Origin: a virus
Direction: 5' to 3' (one strand)
UHGV virus genome: UHGV-1967114
DNA: 35,477 bases
The position numbers were made by a program, and so were the translations under genes. Below the pieces are notes generated by a model. The model had not been told where the DNA came from and did not search any database. It worked only from the letters and a program-made list of their open reading frames with translations. Positions 19,001 to 25,760 of this stretch are shown piece by piece (positions within the stretch are counted from its first letter, which is position 1; each line of letters opens with the position of its first letter).

Positions 19001-19644
19001 GCGGGTCTGATAAAGGTTTGATTCGTGGTAATGTTGCTGGTGGTAGCTGGGCTAGCTGGCGTGATCGTTCTGCCGGAATCCTCGTAGACTGTCCGAACTC
19101 AACCGATTCCGCTCATAACATCTGGAAAGCGACTCATTGGGGAAAATATCATATTGCGGCAATGGGTGTGCATGTTCCTAGTGGTACTATTACCAATGCT
19201 TTAGCTCGCCTAAACGTTCACGACGCCAACTTTGACTTTAACGCTGCGGGTGATTTTAGCGCAGGTCGTAACGGTAGCTTTAACGATGTTTACATTCGCT
19301 CTGACTCCCGTTTGAAGATTAACAAGGAAGAATTACAGGACGGTGCATTAGAGAAAGTAAACTCACTGAAAGTCTACACCTACGATAAAGTTAAATCTCT
19401 TTCCGATGACACGGTGATTAAACGCGAAGTAGGTATTATTGCTCAGGATCTGGAAAAAGTATTGCCGGAAGCAGTAGGTATTCAATCCACAGAAGATCCA
19501 GAACAACCGGAAGCAATCAAGACTATTTCTAACTCTGCTGTTAATGCCTTGATTATTAAAGCTATGCAGGAAATGGACGCCAAATATAAAACACAGATCG
19601 AAGCATTACAGAAAGAAATTGCCGAACTGAAAGCAACTAAATAA
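16042..19644 (+). CDS. Tail fiber protein (1200 aa) with N-terminal repetitive shaft and C-terminal intramolecular chaperone (peptidase S74-like) domain
   Basis: Repeats TVTANKTDADTKI...; C-terminal YIRSDSRLKINKEELQ...LKVYTYDK matches endosialidase-type chaperone signature (recollection). Confidence 0.75.
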   Translation: MQSIQFKRTQTAGKKPTPEQLQVGEIAIQMADHVIYTKDKNNAVVQISVSPESHNALNTKVDNNKTSTDRVIASNKQEAANNLASAKAELNQTITTKDTATNKRIDATNTTVSNLTQTVTANKTDADTKINNLTGTVSANKTAIERTVAANKSDADSKHAALTKTVTDNNTAINNKVNTTNTNVSNLTKTVTANKTDADNKISSLTSTVAANKTAIEKTVSDNKKDADTKITNLTGTVNSNHTAINNKVDQNKSSTDAAIAAANKRIDGIEGSNDALYIKKNTNTKHGGYLLSKTANYLEDQTSRDLNYFGAFRTNGQDGLMDLTLNVPHSSGKAHGRGFTFRYASGGSRVETYGFDREGQKNFSYKMYHEGDKPTPGEIGAYTKAEVDKMFVKNVVMSVPNSSENVSAYFKLATATIPQNGRSVFFRIHGGNGYNVTAYDQVDVVEILLRSGNDRPKGLNVIAYRRNTNKDFEVFAVNTSGDNYDIYVKYQRYTDNVIVEYGKSVYVSLTVYDTPEATLIKPSVGVIGGRNVTLFNTENKRGVLSFDDNTQNSYDIVHLSNDKGTGRKYIRKFRSNYNEMVWHETVQGAVYRLATGATDSTEVIRIDSNSAIPGNYKGYVITGKMELHGSGNAMTLHRQTGQAAYMAWWDRRDGKNQRSGYIGHADGTSDGFVWRNDVGANSFDLEGSGQVNLTTGKTKIVYTNGQYYSANADAFRMIYGKYGAFWRNDGGKVYLLSTAENDRFGGWNTYRPFIYDLTSGNVQLGGDGNEDVLTLERASKAARFSGNAYIKGQHLTFDAGAGQSRDYFRFNHWGDSNNARDNILQIEDSQGAHFTTERAMGTGNITARFKGFVRVESGEIAFDANRGSASQFTLHTWGNEQRKQVFECKDATSYHWYTERTNGGTGPILFSVAGTLKTASNIQVGGADIEFRRSGNKHLWFRDPNGLELGLMYCDDAGVIRFRGQKQGQTWKLADKMIHLEAGTVGGSDKGLIRGNVAGGSWASWRDRSAGILVDCPNSTDSAHNIWKATHWGKYHIAAMGVHVPSGTITNALARLNVHDANFDFNAAGDFSAGRNGSFNDVYIRSDSRLKINKEELQDGALEKVNSLKVYTYDKVKSLSDDTVIKREVGIIAQDLEKVLPEAVGIQSTEDPEQPEAIKTISNSAVNALIIKAMQEMDAKYKTQIEALQKEIAELKATK
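16366..16797 (+). repeat. In-gene tandem coding repeats (two ~216-nt units with ~33-nt subrepeats) in tail fiber shaft
   Basis: Near-identical stretch ACTGTTACTGCAAATAAAACCGATGC at ~16390 and ~16611; explains spurious minus ORF 16314..16862. Confidence 0.6.
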
Positions 19645-19651
19645 TAAAAGT

Positions 19652-19670
19652 CGGGGGACTAGTTCCCCCG
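19652..19670 (+). terminator. Stem-loop after tail fiber gene (CGGGGGA-CTAGT-TCCCCCG), weak T-run
   Basis: Perfect 7-bp stem; downstream TTATAAACAATTTT is only moderately U-rich. Confidence 0.35.
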
Positions 19671-19701
19671 TTATAAACAATTTTAATTAAGGGGTAATTC
19701 T

Positions 19702-20175
19702 ATGTCTCAGCAATTTAAAGATATTTTTACTGGTGGTCTGGTAAGTATGTTCTATCACGCCGATACCACTAACACCAATCTTGCACATGAAAGCTATGAA
19801 GAAATTAAAGAGTGTGCTGGTTTTCCTGAAACTGGTATCGAGCGCGGCACTGTAGAAGTTAAATCCTTCTCTTCTCAGTATAACCGTAAGCTGGTAGGTA
19901 AACTGAACGTTCCTGATCTGACTCTGACCGTTAACTACATTCCTGGTGATGCGGTACACGAGAAGCTCATTAAAGCTGCCGAAGACGGTACTCGAATTCA
20001 GATTAAGATTGAATACTATGTAGATGCAGCAAAACAGACTGGTATTCGCACAGCTTTCAACGGCTTCATCTCTAAAGTTGCTATGAACGGTGGCGATGAA
20101 GAAGTGGTAACGAAAGAGTTTACCTTTGCTGTTGATGGTGCTCCGCTGAAACAGCAAATCTTCACTGCCGGATGA
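19702..20175 (+). CDS. Major tail tube protein (lambda gpV-like N-domain)
   Basis: Pattern PGD...L....EDGT...I......F.GF......G..EVVT..F...VDG resembles gpV; RBS TAAGGGGTAA; position upstream of chaperones and tape measure. Confidence 0.7.
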   Translation: MSQQFKDIFTGGLVSMFYHADTTNTNLAHESYEEIKECAGFPETGIERGTVEVKSFSSQYNRKLVGKLNVPDLTLTVNYIPGDAVHEKLIKAAEDGTRIQIKIEYYVDAAKQTGIRTAFNGFISKVAMNGGDEEVVTKEFTFAVDGAPLKQQIFTAG

Positions 20176-20301
20176 ACTAACGAAGAACTTCCTTTACCAG
20201 AACCGGAACCACTGCCGGAACATGAAGCGGTGGTGATTCCAGAAGTAGAAGAAGTTACGGCGAAAGCCACAGCAAAACGAGGCCGCAAGGCTAAGAATTA
20301 A
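20176..20301 (+). other. 41-codon in-frame extension directly after the tail tube UGA stop (TNEELPLPEPEPLPEHEAVVIPEVEEVTAKATAKRGRKAKN); candidate readthrough product
   Basis: Same frame as 19702..20175 with a single intervening TGA; homologous to 14255..14362. Confidence 0.45.
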
Positions 20302-20306
20302 TTTTA

Positions 20307-20336
20307 AGCCCTGCCTTAATGGTGGGGCTTTTTTAT
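20307..20336 (+). terminator. Intrinsic terminator (AGCCCTGCC-TTAAT-GGTGGGGCT + T6)
   Basis: Paralogous copy of terminator at 14368..14397. Confidence 0.75.
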
Positions 20337-20349
20337 TGGAGTAATCAAA

Positions 20350-20856
20350 ATGGCAAATGTCGTTAAAGTTCCTGGCTGGATCGGGTCATCTGCTGTATCG
20401 GTGACGGGTAAGCGATGGATGAAAGAAGCATTAACAGCTTTAAAAGTTCCGGCTCCGCGTAATATGTCGGCAATGGCTGGTCGTGGTATGGATACGGTTG
20501 TAGCTACTGCATCGTGGTCTACTTCATTGGGTAATAACTGGGGTGTAACTGCTTCAAACTATCCTGTTTCCGGTATGCAAAGCAAAGGATCTATGGAGAA
20601 CCCCGAAAACGTGGGCGTAGGGCGTCTGGTTGGCGTTATCGTTGGTCAATTCAATGGCGGTACTCCTACTATGGCTGTATATCTCCAGAACGGTAGAGCG
20701 GGGAATATAACCGTTAATTTGGGTGGTGCTGCTGTCACTGTTCCTTATAACAGTATGCAAAGTGGTTTTCATTACTATTGGTTAAGCAATCCTCCGGCTG
20801 CTTTCCTAACAAATATTAAGAAAACTGGCACTAAGCAGACTTTGAAAATCTCTTAA
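20350..20856 (+). CDS. Hypothetical Gly/Ser/Thr-rich protein inserted between tail tube terminator and tail chaperone genes
   Basis: 168-aa ORF with RBS GGAG; no lambda counterpart at this position. Confidence 0.5.
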   Translation: MANVVKVPGWIGSSAVSVTGKRWMKEALTALKVPAPRNMSAMAGRGMDTVVATASWSTSLGNNWGVTASNYPVSGMQSKGSMENPENVGVGRLVGVIVGQFNGGTPTMAVYLQNGRAGNITVNLGGAAVTVPYNSMQSGFHYYWLSNPPAAFLTNIKKTGTKQTLKIS

Positions 20857-20901
20857 ATTCTAAATAAATACAGCGTAATCACTATTAATGAGGAAACAAT
20901 A

Positions 20902-21210
20902 ATGAATCTGAATGAAATGCTGAAAGCTCTTTCTCCGAAACGTGAATCTTTAACCCTCGGCGGATTTACGTTCTATGCTCGCCCTATGTCGGTGCAAGAA
21001 TTTAATGAACATGTTTTCAATACTGATAAAAAAGACCGCGATGAACGCTCTATTCTTCGTTGTATTGAAGATGAAGACGGTAAGCCAGTATTTGAATCTA
21101 TTGAACAAGTTAAGGCACTGTATACTAGCGTCCGCAGCGAATTAATCGGCTTAGTTGCTCAAGCATCATTGATGAAAGATGCGGCGGTAATTGAAAACGA
21201 GGTAAAGTAA
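20902..21210 (+). CDS. Tail assembly chaperone (gpG-like by position)
   Basis: 102-aa ORF between tail tube and tape measure genes, overlapped at 3' end by a -1 frame ORF. Confidence 0.55.
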   Translation: MNLNEMLKALSPKRESLTLGGFTFYARPMSVQEFNEHVFNTDKKDRDERSILRCIEDEDGKPVFESIEQVKALYTSVRSELIGLVAQASLMKDAAVIENEVK

Positions 21211-21593
21211 ACCCGCTCTTGAATTTTTATTTTCGGCAAATGATGCGTCGGGGCTTGAGTAAAGATGAGATGGATAATATGCCAATTACGCTATTTTGGG
21301 CGTTGCATATATTCGATACATATCTTGAACCACAAAGCCCCCTATATCAAGATGCGCGACATGCACAGTCGATGTATTACATGCACGTTACATCTCCTAA
21401 CATGACTCGTGAATGGTTGAATAAAATCAATGTTAACCAATTCCGAATGATTAAGGACGACAAGCAATTTAAAACGCAAGAAGAAATAAAAAAAATTGCT
21501 CGTAAGAAAGAGGAAGAACGTAACTCTGCTTTGGTTGATAGTTATTTCGACGCTTCATTATTACAAAAGCTCAAGAGCGGTCAATTGGGGTAA
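21195..21593 (+). CDS. -1 frame extension ORF (gpT-like); probable G-T fusion via programmed -1 frameshift within 21195..21210
   Basis: Frame-0 ORF opens at 21195 (after TGA 21192-21194) and overlaps the last 5 codons of the G-like ORF; ends TAA 21591-21593, 3 nt before tape measure ATG. Confidence 0.5.
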   Translation, partial: KRGKVNPLLNFYFRQMMRRGLSKDEMDNMPITLFWALHIFDTYLEPQSPLYQDARHAQSMYYMHVTSPNMTREWLNKINVNQFRMIKDDKQFKTQEEIKKIARKKEEERNSALVDSYFDASLLQKLKSGQLG

Positions 21594-21596
21594 TTT

Positions 21597-24029
21597 ATGA
21601 CAAAACATATAGTAACAATAGAAGGGGATAATAAAGGTCTAAGGAGAAGTACCAATGAAGCCGCCGACCTTCTCGATAGTTTGTCTGAAAAGGCAAGTGG
21701 TATTGATTTTGGTGGTGGCTTATCTGGTCTGACTGGATCTCTTCGTGGGATCGCTGGCTCTGCTGGTTTGGCTGCTGGTGGTATCGGCTTAGTTGCGACC
21801 GCAGTGGTTGCAGCCGCTAAAGCTGGCGCGGAATACGTTAAACAATATTCAGAAGTATCTAAGGCGACCGGACTCTCGATTGAATCCCTTCAAAGACTGG
21901 AAAAGGAATTTTCTGGTACTGGCCTAACAGTTGAAAAATTCGGTGATATCAACAAAGACACCTTAGATAAGATGGGTGATGCATGGGCTAACGGTGGTGG
22001 TATTGCTGATGACTTAGAATCGGTTGGCCTTAAGTTAGAAAACTATGCTCACTTCATGACTGATCCGCAAGGTGGTATGAAAGCGGCGATCCAAGTGTTC
22101 TATGACATGAAGAAAGCCGGAAAATCAATGGCTGAAATCAAGTTCATGATGGAATCTTTAGCCAGTGATTCAAGTCATATGACCAGCCAGCTTGAGAAAT
22201 ATAATAGTGCTCAAGAGGCGATGATCGCTATTCAGAATCAATCTGTTAACGTCACCGAAGAAAACGCTAAAAAATATGATAAATTTTCTCAAAATATCAA
22301 TAAGCTGGAAAATAACCTGAAAGGTGTCGGCATGACCATTTCTGGTCCTTTGGTTGATAGCTTAAACTGGTTATTTGACTGGTTTAATATTGATTGGGAA
22401 AAGAGTTCTCTATTCAGGGCATTAGATCGACTGAATAAAGAAGGCAAGACCGCAACTGGTGGTATTCTTAACGCCAACCATAAAGACGCTCAAAAGATTA
22501 TTGACAAGTACAATAAAGAAAAGCGTTGGAATAATCTAGCAGATTGGGAAAAGGCCGCGATCCGTGGTGCTGGTGTCGATCCTCGTACTGCTGGCTTTGA
22601 TGTAGAAGGATTTAAGAAACGTTTTGGTGGGTCTTATAAGAAAAATGGTGCTCTGATTGTCGTAGATGCTGGTGAACATCTGACACGCAAGGCAGATCCT
22701 AACACTGATTTAACTCTACCAAATAAACCAGTAAGACCAGAATCATTGGGTAAATCTGGCAACGAGAAGAAAGCCGAGGAAGAAGCACGCAAGAAAGCGG
22801 AAGAGGCAGCTAAAAAGGCTAAGGAAGCCGCAGAAAAAGCACAGAAAGAACGTGAGGATGCAATCAAGCGTCTGAATGCACTTGATGTTAAATTGCAAGG
22901 GCAAGTTGCAGCGTCTATTGCTTCTCAAAACAAGCAGTTAGAAGCCAGCTTGAAAGATTTGGATACTGCTTTAGATCTGGGCTTAATCTCTCAACAAGAC
23001 GCAGCCGCGAAACGCCAATCCTTAATCGATCAGAATACTGAAAACGTATACAAAATGGTCTTAGGTGCTGATCCTGTTGATGCGCTGAATGCTTTAACAC
23101 AATTGCAACAAATCAGGGACAATGAGTTAGAAAGCCATAAACGGTTACTTGATGGTAAGGCTATCTCCTACGATGAATATATGCGTCGTGTGAATGATAC
23201 CAATCAGAATTATAGTCAAATTGGCAATGCTTTACAGGGAATGGATGGTTTTAAAACCAATCAATTAACCAGCGGATTTGATTATCAAGACTCAAATAAT
23301 CCGTTTGCTAAATTTAATGCAATCGATAAAGAGAAATCGGAAGCCGAACAAGATTATAAGACCGATAAACTACTCAAGATTGATGGGATCACCGATCCGG
23401 CTAAACGGATGGAAGCATTAGAAAAACTCAATGAAAACCATCAAAAACGGATGGCTGCAATTGAAAAGAAATATGCTGATGCTCGCCAGTCAATAGCCGA
23501 TGATATGTATGGCGGTTTTGCTGCTGCAATGACTCTCTTCGGGCAGGAAAACACAAAGGCTATGCAGATGGCTTTCAATGCTCATAAGGCATTCTCTATT
23601 GGACAAGCGACGGTGAACATGTGGACGGCTGCTACCGATGCATGGAACGATCCGACCAACGTCACCACAGGTCAAAAAATTGCTGCTGCTGCATTGGCTG
23701 TTTCTCAGAACATGGGGAACATCGCAAACATCAAGTCTACTAACGTTAGCGGTATGGCTCATGATGGTATTGATAACATCCCTCGTGAGGGTACATGGTT
23801 GCTTGATAAGGGTGAACGAGTAGTTGATCAGCGTACTAACGGTGATTTGAAAGACTTCTTATCTGCTCAAAAATCAGGCGGTGGTAACTCTCAGCCGATT
23901 GAAGTTAATGCGCCTTTGAACATTAACGGCAACGTTAATAGCTCAGACAAGATGGTTATGGATGCTATCAAACGTCACGCTAAGTTTGTTGCTCAGGCGA
24001 TAGAAGACGTTCAGCGTCGTAAGATGTAA
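21597..24029 (+). CDS. Tail tape measure protein
   Basis: 810 aa, Gly/Ala-rich hydrophobic N-region, extended coiled-coil-like central region, position after chaperone pair. Confidence 0.8.
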   Translation: MTKHIVTIEGDNKGLRRSTNEAADLLDSLSEKASGIDFGGGLSGLTGSLRGIAGSAGLAAGGIGLVATAVVAAAKAGAEYVKQYSEVSKATGLSIESLQRLEKEFSGTGLTVEKFGDINKDTLDKMGDAWANGGGIADDLESVGLKLENYAHFMTDPQGGMKAAIQVFYDMKKAGKSMAEIKFMMESLASDSSHMTSQLEKYNSAQEAMIAIQNQSVNVTEENAKKYDKFSQNINKLENNLKGVGMTISGPLVDSLNWLFDWFNIDWEKSSLFRALDRLNKEGKTATGGILNANHKDAQKIIDKYNKEKRWNNLADWEKAAIRGAGVDPRTAGFDVEGFKKRFGGSYKKNGALIVVDAGEHLTRKADPNTDLTLPNKPVRPESLGKSGNEKKAEEEARKKAEEAAKKAKEAAEKAQKEREDAIKRLNALDVKLQGQVAASIASQNKQLEASLKDLDTALDLGLISQQDAAAKRQSLIDQNTENVYKMVLGADPVDALNALTQLQQIRDNELESHKRLLDGKAISYDEYMRRVNDTNQNYSQIGNALQGMDGFKTNQLTSGFDYQDSNNPFAKFNAIDKEKSEAEQDYKTDKLLKIDGITDPAKRMEALEKLNENHQKRMAAIEKKYADARQSIADDMYGGFAAAMTLFGQENTKAMQMAFNAHKAFSIGQATVNMWTAATDAWNDPTNVTTGQKIAAAALAVSQNMGNIANIKSTNVSGMAHDGIDNIPREGTWLLDKGERVVDQRTNGDLKDFLSAQKSGGGNSQPIEVNAPLNINGNVNSSDKMVMDAIKRHAKFVAQAIEDVQRRKM

Positions 24030-24034
24030 TTAAA

Positions 24035-24080
24035 AGCCCCCATAGTGATAAATAATCATAAAACTATGGGGGCTTTTTCT
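24035..24080 (+). terminator. Stem-loop/terminator-like structure between tape measure and distal tail genes (AGCCCCCATAG...CTATGGGGGCT + T5); 3' arm contains the RBS of the next gene
   Basis: 11-bp stem, 18-nt loop, TTTTT; GGGGG of stem is the likely SD for ATG 24081. Confidence 0.4.
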
Positions 24081-24641
24081 ATGTTCAAATCCAAGAATAT
24101 TAAAATCACAGATTTTACTCTTAAATCAAAACAACCTTTCTTCAAGGCGCAATCTATTTCTGGTAAGTTCCAGCGTCGCTTTACTGGTATTCATTTTTAT
24201 GAAGCAGAATTTACAGCTAATTTCATGGCTCAGGATATTAACGAAGTAAAAGAATTTGTAGCACGTCACCTTTTTGGTCGTCCTTTTAGTGTGCCACTGT
24301 CTTACTTTTCAAAATATACAGGTGATGTACGCCAGATGGTTACGGCTGCTGCTGGTACTGCTCGCGGTGGGCGTAAGGTGAGAATCTCCAACTTCACCGG
24401 AACACTGAAAGCAGGAACTATCATCCAGTTTGAGAACCACAAGAAAATCTACACGATCACCGAAGATGTGAAATCAGGTGGTGAAATGAAACTCTTCCCT
24501 AACTTGCGTCAGAACGTCCTAGCGGGTGAGGTGATCAAGTATCAGAACGTAGAAGGTGAATTTGTTCTCAAAACTGAAAATATCGATTGGAAGATCGCCC
24601 AGATTGGCAAGATGAAATTCGAATTAGTGGAGAATGTATAA
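24081..24641 (+). CDS. Minor tail protein (gpM-like position / distal tail protein candidate); start at ATG 24081
   Basis: Position after tape measure; stop overlaps next start (TAATG). Confidence 0.5.
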   Translation: MFKSKNIKITDFTLKSKQPFFKAQSISGKFQRRFTGIHFYEAEFTANFMAQDINEVKEFVARHLFGRPFSVPLSYFSKYTGDVRQMVTAAAGTARGGRKVRISNFTGTLKAGTIIQFENHKKIYTITEDVKSGGEMKLFPNLRQNVLAGEVIKYQNVEGEFVLKTENIDWKIAQIGKMKFELVENV

Positions 24642-25294
24642 TGGCAACTATTCAGGAATCATTCAGCAAACTATGCACTAATCTGGACTTCATCGAGGTC
24701 TACAACGACCAGACAGGTCAGAATGTGTCTAGATTGACGCTACCGCAGCTTTTCTCCACTGGATCGATGTTTCACATTATCGAAGTGATAACAGCGTCAG
24801 GGGACGTTCTACGGCTTACAGATGGGTATTTCGATTTGGACTATAACGGTTTTACATATCTCGCAACGGGTGATTTTCTTCAAATCTCATCGAATACCGA
24901 AGAGAAGGAGATCAACAACAACGGGATCAACGTAACTGTTTCTAACGTTCGCGAAGAATACATTACCCTGATTCGTAACAAGCAATTCGATAAATCAGAT
25001 GTGAAAATCGAGATGGTTTTCCTTAACCCCAACACGGGCAAAGTTGAAACCACTTACCCTGTTTTCCGTGGGGTAGTCGATTCCATCGGGATTAACATCG
25101 AACATGAAGATGATGAGTGTAAAAACGAATCAGAATTTCAGCTTAATAGTATCTGGGAAGTTCTAGATAAAAACGCTCGTAGTCATGCCTCCGATGGTAT
25201 CCACCGTTCCTATGTTGGAAACGAGAACGATCTATTCTTCTCAAGGGCGGGTCGCTGGCAATCAGAAAGCAGGTGGCATTCATCGAAGAAATAA
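24641..25294 (+). CDS. Minor tail protein (gpL-like position)
   Basis: 217-aa ORF coupled to upstream gene by TAATG overlap; position. Confidence 0.5.
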   Translation: MATIQESFSKLCTNLDFIEVYNDQTGQNVSRLTLPQLFSTGSMFHIIEVITASGDVLRLTDGYFDLDYNGFTYLATGDFLQISSNTEEKEINNNGINVTVSNVREEYITLIRNKQFDKSDVKIEMVFLNPNTGKVETTYPVFRGVVDSIGINIEHEDDECKNESEFQLNSIWEVLDKNARSHASDGIHRSYVGNENDLFFSRAGRWQSESRWHSSKK

Positions 25295-25340
25295 TCCCTT
25301 CTCCCTAAGCCTAGTAAATAACAGCATGGAGGTATTCAAC

Positions 25341-25760
25341 ATGCTAAAAACTAGGCTTATCACCGATTACATCAATTCTTTAATAGGTCAGGAGTTCGTT
25401 CAGGGTGAGAATGATTGCAATTTAATTGCATGTAAGATCATCGATATTCTCGCTGGCACTGATCTATATAATTCTCTTTATAAAAAATATTCAACTAAAG
25501 AAGAAGGCTTGAAAATCTGCAAAGAATTAAGCGGGTATTCAAATATCCTTCAACCAATTAAGAAACATTTCAAATTAGTCACTGATGATTTACAGGACGG
25601 CGATTTACTGGTCACAGCCCACAAATTAGGAAACCGTAATTATTATTCCGTAGTTCCTCATTATTCCGGTTATGGCCTCGTTGAAGAAGATGGTATCTGG
25701 ATGACCATTCCTGTTTCAGACATTGACTATGAACAAGTTTATAGATTCGGGGGTGAATAA
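25341..25760 (+). CDS. NlpC/P60-like tail assembly protein (gpK-like C-terminal domain)
   Basis: GENDCNLIAC...GDLLV.AH....NYYSVVPHYSGYG pattern resembles Cys-His-His NlpC/P60 catalytic arrangement; RBS GGAGG; stop overlaps J-like start. Confidence 0.5.
   Translation: MLKTRLITDYINSLIGQEFVQGENDCNLIACKIIDILAGTDLYNSLYKKYSTKEEGLKICKELSGYSNILQPIKKHFKLVTDDLQDGDLLVTAHKLGNRNYYSVVPHYSGYGLVEEDGIWMTIPVSDIDYEQVYRFGGE

Noticed and set aside
19687-20157. 156-aa minus-strand ORF overlapping the tail tube gene
   Set aside because: Plus-strand frame has gpV-like pattern and the conserved TAAGGGGTAA RBS; minus ORF is a shadow.
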